Translations under genes and position numbers: made by a program
Source: Lama guanicoe
Lineage: Eukaryota
Assembly: GCA_013239625.1 (NCBI GenBank)
Contig: MU053629.1
Location: forward strand, 4,057,567 to 4,121,566
Length of the DNA stretch: 64,000 bases
Direction: 5' to 3'
The notes under the pieces: model-generated
What the model was told of the DNA's origin: nothing
The model's database searches: none
What the model saw: the letters and a program-made list of their open reading frames with translations, nothing else
Shown here: one piece after another, positions 46,495-58,196 of the stretch
Layout: each line of letters starts with the position of its first letter
Position numbering within the stretch: position 1 is the stretch's first letter

Positions 46495-47710
46495 TATTTT
46501 TAAATAAGAGTTGTATGTACTTAAGGTGTACAGCATGATGATTTGATATACACACACATACTGAAATGATTACTATAGACAAGTTAACATATTATCTCCT
46601 TTATCTCCTTGCTTTTTTTTTTTTTTTTTTGTGTGATGAGAGCATCTGAAATCTATTTTCTTGGCAAATTTTGACTATTCGATACATTATAGTTAATTAT
46701 AGTCCTCATCATGCTGTACATTAGATCTCTAGACGTCTTCATCCTAGGTAATTACAACTCTGTATCCTTTGACCAATGTCTCCCCATTTCCCTGGCCCTG
46801 ATAACCGCTTAACCACTGTTCCACTGTTTGCTTCTATGAGTCTGACTCTTTTAGATTCCATATATAAGGGAGATTTTGCAGCATTTGTCTCTCTGTGTCT
46901 GGCTTATTTCATTTAGCATGATGTCCTCCAGGTTCGTCCATGCTGTCACAAATGACAGGATTCCCTTCTCTTTTTTTAATGCTGAATAATATTTGTGTGT
47001 GTGTGTGTGTGTGTAATCTTTACCCATTCATCTGTTGATGGACACAGGTGGATTCCTTATCTTGGCTATTGTGAATAATGCTGCAATGAACATGACAGTG
47101 TAGATATCTCCTCAAGTTACTGATGTCACTTCCTCCAGATATATACCCAGAAGTGGGATTTCTGGGTCATATGGTAGCTCTATTTTTAATTTTGGAGGAA
47201 CCTCCATACTGTTTTCCATCATTTACATTCCCACCAGCAGTGTACAAGAATTCCCGTTTCTCTACCTCCTCACCAACATTTGTTGTCTTTATTTCTTTGA
47301 TCATGGCCATCCTGACAGTAGTGAGGTGCCATCTCACTGTGGTTTTGACTTGCATCTCCCTGATGACTGGTGATGCTCAGCCTCTTCTCACACACCTGCT
47401 GGCCACCTGTGTGCCTTCCTTGGAGAAATGTCTATTCAGATTCTTTGCCCATTTAAAAAAAAATCAGGACATTTATTTTGCTGCTATTGAGCTGAGTTCC
47501 TTATATATTTTGGATATTAACCTCTTAACAGATGTATGGTTTGCAAATGTTTTCTCTCGTTCTGTTGGTTGTCTCTTCACTCTATTGGCTGTTTCCGTGC
47601 TGAAGCTTTTTAGTTTAGTGAAATCCTGTTAGTCTGTTTTTGCTTTTGTTGCCTATGCTTTTGGGGTCATATCCAAAAAACTCATTGCCCAGACTAATAT
47701 CAGAGGTTTT
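46495..47710 (-). mobile_element. L1MA-like 3' end (ORF2 end plus 3'UTR)
   Basis: 'gctgtacattagatctctaga', 'atatatacccagaagtgggatt', 'ttggagaaatgtctattcaga'. Confidence 0.9.
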
Positions 47711-47819
47711 CTACCATTCAGCTAGCTAGCATGGATCACGCACTTACTAGGTGCTCGCCACAACTGTATTAGGATAAACCATTTTTGACCAGTGAGGACT
47801 TTGACAATTTCATATGGAT

Positions 47820-48020
47820 CAACCTAGTGTATTACTTTACTTAATCATGATAAGACTCCGTGAAGTATATACTATTATTAGCCTGATTTTACAGATGAGG
47901 AGACAGAAGCACAGAGGGAGGAAGTGACTTACCCAAGGTCACACAGCTGGTAAGTGATGGAGCTAGTTTACAAATCCGGGAGGTCTGATTTCAGAGCCCA
48001 TGCTTGTGAACCCCTTCTCT
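47820..48020 (-). mobile_element. MIR SINE
   Basis: 'attttacagatgaggagacagaagcacagag...acttacccaaggtcacacagctggtaagtg'. Confidence 0.88.
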
Positions 48021-50179
48021 AGACACCAGCGTGGGTGTGCCCACAGTCTCGGTGGTGAGGTGCTGGCCCCAGGCATCTGGGCCCCACGCTGACCCCCAGA
48101 GTCAGGGAACCAGCTTCCCTTGGGGAATGAGATCAGCCCAGCCTGCTGGGGCCTTATCAGAAAGAGCACGTGCTGGACCAGCCCTGTGATCTCAAGCTGC
48201 CGGGGCTTCGAGACAATGGAACAACTTGTGAGCACAGGCATCATCGCGGAGACAATGTGCTTCTCCAAACACCAGCCCCCAGAATAACAAACACTGCTGA
48301 CTTCCACCGCACCGAAGTCTAAATACTGAAGCGGAGCATCCGTGCCTCGCCACGTGTGGTGATCTTTCAGCGGAAACAAATCGGCAGTTGCTATTGTCTG
48401 CATTCCCCAGGGGGAAGATCTGAAGCTGTTTCTCTAGTTTTGCAAGACTTCTGCCGCCTCTTTCTAGCCCCTGGTCTGAGAGAAGGCTCATTTGATGTGA
48501 GCCAGACTGGGGGACCGCCCCCCAGCAACAGCCCACTGTGATCTTTACTGGCCTCGAGCAAAACAAGAAGATAAGGACAATGTGGAGAGTTGAGCTAAAA
48601 GTATTCCACTTAAAGAATCCTATTTATAATGTGCAGCATCCTTTCCATGGCTCCTGTGCTCTGTGCTACGCCACTCTCCTCCCCGCCCTCCCCAGCCTCC
48701 TCTTCTAATGCGTTCTCTGCGCTGCGCAAGGCTCTCATGCTGACTTCTCAGTTTCCACTGCTCACTGCCTCATCCTCTCAATATTTCTTTGCTCACATTT
48801 TCTAGAGAGGATCAAATGGACCCAACATGCCTTCTTTTACCCCAGACCATGTCACTTGTTGCTGGCCAGTCCGTTGGCCAGCTGCCTTCGGGCCAGGTGG
48901 CTGACATTGGTTCAATAGTCTGGCATAGCCTAAAACCCATTTGTGGTAATTCGGGCCAGTTCTCCTTGAGAGGAGCTTAAAAGGCAGGTGCTATGATTGA
49001 TATGGCTGGCACAAATGTCCAAGTGGGAGATTTCACGCCAAAATTGAATTTGCATTTGACAGCCTAGGAAGGTGTTGGAGTCACGGCGTGGGAGGGTCCA
49101 CCTGAGTCATACAAGGGACACCAGAGCGGTCAGGCTCTGGGGGAAAGTAGTCAAGGGGCAGACTGACACCAAATGGGCGGGATTCAACCAACTGAAGGGG
49201 GTGGTTGTTGAGGCAGAAAGGAACACACAGGTTCAGGCATCGTTTGGAAGAGAATCTGTAAACCTTGGTGAAAATTTGGATAAAAGGAATGAACTGGAAG
49301 GTGTATAGAAGGGGGCGGCATTCACTGAGAAACAGCATAGGAGAACACGTGTGGGAGATGAAGGAGGAATGGCCAGTTCCATTCTGAGATGGTGAGCCCA
49401 TGAGACATCCTGCTAGACTTACCAATAGGAAATTGGCTGCTTGCATATAAGGTTTAGGAAACAGGTCTGGGTTGGAAGGAAAGATGGGAGCAGCTTCAGT
49501 ATGTTGGTGGTTGAAACCATGGAGAGGGTGATTTCGCCCTGGGAGGAATGGAGTGTGTAACTGACACGTGACAAGTGCTTGTTGGATGAACGTGTGAATG
49601 AATGAATGAATGACCTGGCCAAGTCCTGGGATTTGCTCATATGTCACTCTTTCCCAAGTGACAGAGCCCCTCGTTGAGACCTTGCAGTCTGAGAAAGCAG
49701 AGTGGGGAGTGGCAAGCACGTGGGCTTTGAAGGCAACACCAAGTTCAATTGCAGGGCCTGAAACTTCCTGGTTGTGAGCCTTTGGGCTTCGTCCTTAACC
49801 TCCTGCAGCCTTAGTTTCCTCATCTAAGTGGGTGTAATGATATTTACCTTAATCAGGCTGAAGTGAGGATTAAAGACAGCGAGACTGGAGCTTCAGGCTC
49901 AGGGTTTGGCACACGTAGTAGGTGTTCGACAGAAGTGACCGGCTCCTGCCTCGCCCTGAGGCAAGCTTTCAGGTGCTGGAGAGCACTTTGGGTTAGAGCC
50001 TAGGCTCTGAGGATGTCATACCCTTAGGCAATGGCGTCTCAAAAGGACCTACTGATAATGTAACTAATTCCATCCGGAGCTAATTCATGAGTCTGAGTGC
50101 CCTCCTTCCCCCCACCCCTACCTCTGTGACAGGCCATCCCCCGTTCATGTGGTCACATTCCCCAGTGGGCGCCTCCCTC

Positions 50180-50322
50180 TTTTTTTTTTTTTAAGAAATT
50201 TTTTGGAGAGGACAGGTAATTAGGTTTGTTTATTTGTTTGTTGGTTTTTAATGGAGGTACTGGGAATTGAACCCAGGACCCAGTGCTAAGCATGCACTCT
50301 GCCACTGAGCTATACCCTCTCC
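50180..50322 (-). mobile_element. tRNA-Ala-derived SINE (Vic-1-like)
   Basis: Antisense A/B boxes ('ccactgagctataccc', 'gggaattgaacccagg'), poly-T tail, TSD gg(c/t)gcctccctct. Confidence 0.85.
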
Positions 50323-50639
50323 TTCTGGTGCCTCCCTCTTGCAGGACTCTCACGGGCCCCCAGGATCTGCCCACCCCCAGCCTCCCTCAACCCCGCCACC
50401 TCAGCAGGGAAACTTCTTCCCTCTGCCCGCAGTTGTCCAGGTACCTGCCACACCCCAAAGTGAGTGCCCAGTTTCCAGGTCATTGAAACCTTCCCATGAG
50501 CCAAGAGCTCCCATTCCGGCACGTATACCAGGCCCACGTGGATAGAAAACACGCAGGAAAGGGTGTCACCTTCATTTACCATCACATATTCAGTCCTTGG
50601 ACATTAGTTTACTTCAAGTCATAAGATTTCTTCAAAGAA

Positions 50640-51580
50640 GATTACAGACCCCTGTTGGGAGAAATAAAACAAGACTAAAATTAATGGGAAGCCCACCCAC
50701 TCCAGGCTGGATTAAAGACAGCAATGGTAACAATTTTCCTTGAGTTTCTACATAGATTTAGTTCACTGCCTATTAAGGCTCCCAAAGGATACTTTATAAG
50801 AGTTTGAGAAATGAATAGTGATGTTCAGTTACCAGAATAAATGGTTAAAAGGACTAAAGCTTTTTTTAAAAAGGGTATGATAGTAAATTTAACCTACCAG
50901 GTTTCATAACATATTACAAAGAGACAATTATCCAAACCATATGGTAACAATGGGGAAAAAAAGATCAGTGGAAGAGACTGAACGATCCAAAAGTAATTCA
51001 ATATGTGGCAAAACTAGAAATAATCCAACAAGGAGGAGAGAAGTTATTATATAATAAATTTCAGGGAGAGAACTGTAATTAATATGTCAGAAAAACTTAC
51101 ACTTTATACCGTTTCCTGCAGTAAATTGCAGGTGAAATTTTGTGTATGTCAAAAATAAACCATAAAAAAGGCAAGAAAGTGCAATCTCACATTGATCACA
51201 GTGGAGGAGAATCCGTCACCAGAGACAGAAAAGATTCTCAAATTAAAAAACAGGAAAATTTCGTTGAATAAAATACAGGACAATTCATCACAAGAGGAAA
51301 ATAAGAGCCTGGAATAAAGAAACCACCAATCCATCTACAATATATTAATTTTCACTTTTTCACAAAAGCTAAAATCAGTGCCCAGATTCCACCCAGTAAG
51401 CAACAAAATAGATGAACAGACAGTTTACACAGGAAGTCCAGATGGTACGTCAAAACACGAGAAACTCCGTAACTCTACCAGGAATGAGAGCAATGCAAAC
51501 AAAGCAGCTCTGAGGTATCAGCACATGCTCATCAAACTAGTCAAAATAAAATAAAACGGTAGAGCTGTGGGAGGCAGGCC
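50640..51580 (+). mobile_element. Very old L1 (L1ME-like) ORF2 remnant
   Basis: A-rich degenerate ORF2 text, e.g. 'gatcagtggaagagactgaac' and 'gaacagacagtttacac'. Confidence 0.6.
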
Positions 51581-52310
51581 AGATAATATAGAGACATTCA
51601 GGGCAGGGACTGCTGGGGCCAGGCTGCTGGATTCAGTGCTGGCTCTACCGTGGGCCACTTCTGAGACCTCCAGCGAGTGGCTGAATCGCTCTGTGCCTTG
51701 GTTTCCTCATCTGTCAAATGAGGTTTAAACGAGTCAATAGATACGTATATATAAAGTGCCTGGAACCTCGCCTGGCACATAGCAAGTACTAGATACGTGT
51801 TAGCCGTTACTATTCGTAGATGGGGTGCCTTCCCCATCATCTTCTCACAACAGTGGTAGAAAGGGCACAGGCTTTGGAGCCAAAAATTCATTCATTCAAC
51901 AGATATTTACCAAATGCCTGATCCAGGTGCAAATCCCAGTTCCATTAGTTATTAGTGATGTCACCCTGTGAAAAATTGCTCAGCAATATTGAATCGCAGT
52001 TTCTTCCATCTGTAAAATGGAGTAACAAAATCTACTGCTTTGTCTGGCTTTGGGGAAATGAGATATTGCACCAGAAAGTCCCTAGGATGGGGTCTGGCAT
52101 GAAGAAGTCTTTAATCCACCATCAGTTCCCCACTTCTCCTCCCAGAACTTCGGCCCAGACATAATGCCCAGCCCATCTCTGTGGTCATGGAAGTTAGGCT
52201 AACTTGAGATCTTCAGAGGGCCCCAAACCCTGAAGCTCACTGCCACCTACCTCCAAAATATGTGAATCAAAATGACGTCGCCAGTCTGTACGATACAAGT
52301 TGGTGTTTTG

Positions 52311-52458
52311 GGGGTTGGGGATGTAGCTCAGTGGGAGAGCGCATGCCTTGCAGGCACAAGGTCCTGAGTTCAATTCCCAGGACCTCCATTTAAAATTAAT
52401 AAGTACACCTAATTACTTCCCCTGCCAACAACAACAAAAGCTAAAATTAAAAAAAAAA
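52311..52458 (+). mobile_element. tRNA-derived SINE (Vic-1-like) with perfect 14-bp TSD
   Basis: A/B boxes, poly-A tail; AAGTTGGTGTTTTG at 52297-52310 and 52459-52472. Confidence 0.9.
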
Positions 52459-53221
52459 AAGTTGGTGTTTTGATGTGCCACAGAACTGACTTGTATGCTG
52501 CAAATACAACCACTTATTTCTGTATTTTTTCCCTCCCTCTTCTTTACCTTTTTGGTTCCTTGGTTTGCTACTGGCCTTTTTCCGGCAGTTTAGCCAGCCG
52601 GGCGGGTAATCCTAGCCGGCTGCCTAATCATCCCCGTGACACAGGGGCCATAAGGACTTCAGATTTCTCCCCCGCAGGGGTATTTGTATTTTGGGCAGTG
52701 GGGAGCAAGAGCTCCTGGGGCCTGAAAGCTGGCACACAGGGGGTGCTCAGCAAATATTTGTGGACTCAAAGAATGAACGGATGCATGAAATCTCTGAATG
52801 GTGGAATTTCAGCTGCGATGGGAGGCAGAGGAGGAGGCTCTCTTTAATGGAAAGACAGTGACTAGAATTCCTCAGATCACCCTACGTAGGTGCCGGGCTG
52901 ATGGTCAAAATATTTAACAGGCAGAGCCGCGCTAAGTACTGACCAGGCACCTGGGGAGCCCTGCTCGGCTGAGCGTCACCTCTTTGCTTGTGGGTAATGG
53001 GAGGCCCAGGGGTCCTAAAGGGAAAGGCTGGGGAGAGAGGGGGTCTAGGGGCTCCCCGCAGCTGCTACTCACTCACGTGTATGAAAGAGCTTTAATATTC
53101 CCACAACCAGCGAGGTCCTATCACACAAACACAAGGACAGGAAGCCAGGACGGGTTAGAAGGTGGCATAGGAATCAAGAGACTTCTGCCCCCTCCCTCCA
53201 TAGGCACCTGATTTTCCATCC

Positions 53222-53581
53222 GTAAAACAAAGAACTCTGGTTTGACAAGACACATGCACCCCAATGTTCATAGCAGCACTATTTACAACAGCCAAGACAT
53301 GGAAGCAACCTAAATGTCCACTGGCAGATGACTGGATAAAGAAGATGTGGTGTATATACACAAAGAAATACTACTCAGCCATAAAAATGAATAAAATAAT
53401 GCCATTTGCAGCAACATGGATGGGCCTAGAGACCATCATTCTAAGGGAAGTAAGCCAGAAGGAGAAAGAAAAATACCACATGGTATCACTTGTTTGTGGC
53501 ATCTAAAGAAATAACACAAATGAACTTATTTACAAAACAGAGACAGATTCGCAGACATAGAAAACAAACTTATGGTTACAT
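53222..53581 (+). mobile_element. L1 ORF2 C-terminal fragment
   Basis: ORF 53264-53506 MFIAALFTTAKTWKQPKCP...WIKKMW...MPFAATWM is the conserved L1 ORF2p C-terminus. Confidence 0.95.
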
Positions 53582-53765
53582 GAAAGAAAGAAAGAAGGAA
53601 AGGAAGGAAGGAAGGAAGAAGAAAGAGAAGAAAGGGAGAAAGAAAGAAAGGAAGGAAGAAAGCAAGGAAGGAAGGAGAAAGGAAGAAAAAAAGAAAGAAA
53701 GGGAGGGAGGAAGGAAGGAAGAAAAAGAAATAGAAAGAAAGAAAGGAAGGAAAGAAGGAAAGAAG
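53582..53765 (+). repeat. Polypurine (GAAA/GGAA) low-complexity tract
   Basis: About 180 nt, almost entirely A/G. Confidence 0.97.
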
Positions 53766-55002
53766 TCAGACTTTTCTAGTCTTTCTGACCCACTCTAGCT
53801 CTGATGGCCTGTGATTTCAATATAATAATAACATCAGTTTGTAGAAGGCAGTGGTACAAGTAGAGAAAGCACATGCTCTGAAGCTGGAAAACTTAGTTCA
53901 AATCCCAGCTGTTACTTGCTGTGCAGCTTGGGTCTAAATCAATTAACTTCTCTGAACCTCCACTTTTCATTAATTCAACAAGTGTTGACTGAGCACTTAT
54001 TATGTGTCACATCCCAGGGACACACTGGTGAACAACACCTGGTCTTTGCCACCAAGGAAGTCACTCTCTATAGACTTGTTGGATGCAAGTGACAGAAACT
54101 GACTCAAGCCGCCGTAGGCAAAACCAGAATGCATTATAAGGATGTGGGCAAATCTGGGGCCACAGGGTGGGAGGCAGCCAGACAGGAATACCACCGCCCA
54201 CTCCACTGACCCCAGCATACCTGCTTCACTGTTCGTCCTCTCTCTCTCCTTCCAGATCTGATTCCTGTGAGCCTCGGTTGATATGCCGTCCCAATTCCAA
54301 ATCTCAAGGAGAATCTGACCATCCCAGCTTGGCTCATGTCCACTCTTAATCCAATCATCTGTGACCTTGGGACACAGCCCCTCGGTACAAACATGGCCCC
54401 AGGGACTCGCTCATGTGGATGGGGGAAGGGTCAGGTCCCAGAGAAAGAGGGGCTCTGGATCCTGGTGTCCACTCGACAGCCTCATAGCGTTCTTGTGAAA
54501 TTAAACAAAATTCCATGAAAAGTGGCTGGTACGTAGCCTGGGCGCGAATGGAGCCCTGGGACGCCCTGCCGTGTTCATGACCGTGAGGAAATGCTTGTTA
54601 GCTATAATGTCTTTCATGTCTCCAGCTGCTCTGTGTCCATTTTTCAGTGACTTCCTCCCTTTGCTTTGATCGTGGGCCCCACCTGGCTGAGCTGACTTGT
54701 AAGTTAGGTGGGCACACGTGGCACCCAGGCTGGCCTCACCCACAGCTCAACACCTGGCCCACACGCCTGGTGGGTACCTATATGCTAAATGAGTGAATTA
54801 ATGGAGTGAATAAGTGAACGTTCTCCCAGGCAGCCGTCAGTACTCTGCTAGGGGCAGGGGGATGGCTGGGGAAGTGTGTGGGGGTGGAGATCTTTGGAAT
54901 TTGTCTCCTTCCCACCCAGGTCTTTGGTACAGGACCTGTCTTTCCCCCTCTGCTTAGTGTCCACTGGACCAGGAACTCAGGTCCTCTTAAGACTCCTAGG
55001 AG

Positions 55003-55224
55003 GTTTGCAGACACTAACCGCTGTACATAAAATAGATAAACAGCAAGGTCCTACTGTATAGCACAGGGAACTATATTCAATGCCTTGTTATAGCCTATAA
55101 TGAAAAGAATATGAAAAGGAATATATATATATATATGTATAACTGAATCACTACGCTGTGCACCAGAAATTAACACAACATTGTAAACCGACTGTATTTC
55201 AATTAAAAAAAATTTAAAAAAAAA
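55003..55224 (+). mobile_element. L1 3' end (cetartiodactyl-type)
   Basis: 'caaggtcctactgtatagcacagggaactatattcaa...aacacaacattgtaa' plus A tail; imperfect TSD aagactcctagg/aagaattctagg. Confidence 0.9.
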
Positions 55225-56234
55225 GAATTCTAGGGGGGATCAAGGACTGGGTTCAAGTCCTCCCACCCGAATTTGCGGAATATCATTGAGCCGCTGACTT
55301 CACCTCTCTGGGCCTCAGTTTCCCCAGGGGCAACGGTATGGAAACGGACGTGAGGACTGGCCCAGGTCAGAGATGGGGAAGGGCTTGGACAAGGCGGGTC
55401 TGTGGCCCTTCCCCACCCCTCCGCAGGGGGTCTCTGAGGGGGGTGGGTGCTGCCTGGAGGGGTAGAGCTGGAGGCTTCCTCCCAGCTGCTCCGTGCCCTG
55501 GGGAGCAGCTCTGCTGACAACCTCGCCCGCTGTGTGGCTGAAACCTGAGCCCTCTCGCAAGGGGCTGAGCAGGAAGTTTCTTCCTGCGGTGGAAGCTTTT
55601 GTTCTGCAAGCCTTGATCATGGGGCAGAGGAATTTCCAGCCGGCTGACGTCAGCCCGGACTCCAGCCAAGCCCTTCCGACCTGCAGGGGGCCTGAGGGAG
55701 GGCCGTTGGCAGGTCAGAAGGTGCAGGGTTTCAGACACCAGGAGGCCGTCCCTCCTCCCTCTTCCTTAGCCAGCTGTGCCCTGGGGTCAGCTCCCCGTCA
55801 GTCAGGCAGGAGAAAAGCCCGGGGGAAGCTCACTGACCCTGAAAGTAGATAGAAAGGTGGGAGGAAAGTGAATTCCAATCCTGGTCCAACCACTTACTGT
55901 TGGCTGAGTGCCTGGGACTCAGCACTTGACCTCACTGGCATTCAATTTCCTCATCTGTAAAATGGGAATAACACTGATTCAGACCTCCTGGTAGAGGGTA
56001 TTTATTGTAAAGCAGTAAAACTGCCTGATCTATGGTAAATGCTCGGTGAAGATGCGCAACACTTTTCGTTGTTTTTATCCCGTCTCTCCCCCCGGTGAAG
56101 AGGGGATGAGATGCATGTGGAGGCACCTAGCAAGGGGTCCAGCTCTAACCCAGAAGCTCCTTTGCACAGAGATCTTCATTCTTTTCTGCTGCTTGAATCT
56201 GGCCGTCCTTTCCTTCGCAGCACCACAAGCCTCC

Positions 56235-56612
56235 ACACAGGTGACTGCGTTAGTTTCCACACAGAAGTGGCTTGTCTCACAGCTCTGGAGGCTGGAAGTC
56301 TGAAATCCAGGTGTCAGCAGAGCTGGTTCCCACTGAGGGCTCCGCGGGGACAGTCTGTTCCCGGCCTCTCGGCTTGGTTTGTGGCTGGCTGTCTTGTCTC
56401 TGTCTCTTCGCCTAGTCTTCGCTCTGTCTGTATCCCTGTGCCTGAATCTCTTTTTATCAGGACACCAGTCACATTGGACCAGAGCCCACCCCAAAGACCT
56501 CATTTTTAACTTGATTGCCTCTGTAAAGACCCTATCTCCAAACACCATCACATTCTGAGGTTCGGACTCTGACATGTAACTTCTGGGGGAAGACACATTT
56601 CAACCCAAAACA
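56235..56612 (-). mobile_element. MaLR solo LTR (MLT1A/B-like)
   Basis: 'tctcacagctctggaggctggaagtctgaaatc...ggacaccagtcacattgga...ctgtaaagaccctatctccaaa'. Confidence 0.88.
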
Positions 56613-58104
56613 GTGACCCAGGGTAAGAGGGCAATGCTTAACTGAAAGGTGGATTTCTTATCTTTTAACACCAGAAGCGAGGAGATAATTCAGAGCAGAG
56701 AGGCCCTATTCAGGTCGTTCACCCTCCTACCCCCGCTCCCCAGAAAATGGCTATTAATTCTAACAGAGTCAAATCTTAAAAGCATGAGAACCTAGCTGCA
56801 GGGCCCAGATGATTAAGTTACTTATTTTCTCCTCTAAACTTCCCGCTACCCATTCCTAACTTCATCTGCCAAAATCAAACGTGAAATCCAAAATCTCCAG
56901 TAAAGCTCTACTGCCATCCTCACTTCCCTTGGCAACAGAGTTGAGTAGGAGGAACACTGCATAGCGAGTCGATGGACCAAGATTCTAGTTTATGTACTTG
57001 CTGTGTGACCTTAGGCACGTGGCCTCCCCTCTCTGAGCCTCAGTCGCCTCGACTGTAAAATTACGGGTGTATGCGTGCGCATGAGTGGGCAGATGTGGGG
57101 AGGTGAAGGCTGAGGGGTCACTCTGCTCCTCTAACTGGGAGCATCATGGGACAAACTGGTATGTCTCCACTGAGTGCCAATTTCACGTAGAATATGATTT
57201 TTAAAACTGCGAAACACAGAAGTACATCACAGGAGGAGAATGCAAAATTGCGAGGATTTTTAACCTAAAACATGAGGCTTTAGAAAAACTAGAGAATCTT
57301 GAGGCTTGTGGCTGCTGTTCCCTGTTCCACTTTGAACCCTGATCTCTGGGGTAGGACCTCTTTCCTGTGTGCCAACAGAGGTCCTTCACTGGAAAAATTT
57401 GAGGTGCTTTGCACAGGATGTTGGCAAAAATATTCCAGTTTAGAGTCCATGGCGCTTCAGATCTGAACTCCCTCTAGCGCACTGAGAACCCCAGGGCATC
57501 TTCATTCATGCCCTAGTTCGAACCGCCTCTTCACTGTGCACTTAACAGCCGAGCCGGGGTGAGAGGTCTGCGTGGATCAGAAAGGCTGTGGCTGGGAGAG
57601 GAGGTACACCCGCAGTGGGCATGGTGGCAGGGGAAGTGGAATTAACCACTGGAGGAAGCAGCCTCGGGCAGCTGTAGGGGGAAGTATCTCGGGGCTTCCC
57701 CCACCTTCCAGTTCCTCTGATGATCGAATGGCAGGAATTTGAAAGTGAGGGTCTGCCTTCCCTTCAACCTCTGGACCTCTCTCCTCTCCTTCACGGCGAA
57801 GCTTCTTGAAGGGGGCGTCTGCTCACCTCTCGCTCACTCCTCCATCCGCTGTGTCCTGGCTTCTGCCCCTGGTACCCGCTGATGTTTGTTGTTGATTCAC
57901 CTGCTCCCACAGCTCAGTCCCTCTCCTTCTCCGTCTCAAAACCCTCCAATCTCCATCTCAGCCCAGAATTCTGCTGGAGCTTGCGGCCCATCCACCTGGC
58001 TTTCCCCGGGATATCCCATGGGGCTCAAATCAGCAGGGTTCATATGGAGTCATCACCTTCCCCTGGACCCCACCCTTCCACCTGTGTTCCAAAGCACAGA
58101 AACT

Positions 58105-58196
58105 GGGGATGGGTACAGCTCAGTGGTAAAGTGCATGCTTAGCATGCAGGAGGTCCTGGGTTCAATCCCCAGCACCTTCATTAAAAAAAAAAAAAA
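58105..58196 (+). mobile_element. Short tRNA-Ala-derived SINE (Vic-1-like)
   Basis: tRNA-like head with AGC anticodon arm (catgcttagcatg), B box, poly-A; no intact acceptor stem. Confidence 0.85.

Noticed and set aside
47123..47632. 169-aa hydrophobic ORF
   Set aside because: Antisense translation of an L1 ORF2 remnant
49081..49719. 212-aa minus-strand ORF
   Set aside because: Overlaps L2 remnants; the IHSFIH peptide comes from the (TGAA)n L2 tail
53490..53798. Lys/Glu/Arg-rich ORF
   Set aside because: Translation of the GAAA/GGAA repeat
58105..58180. tRNA-Ala(AGC)-like gene
   Set aside because: Poly-A tail, broken acceptor stem and multiple diverged copies identify it as a SINE
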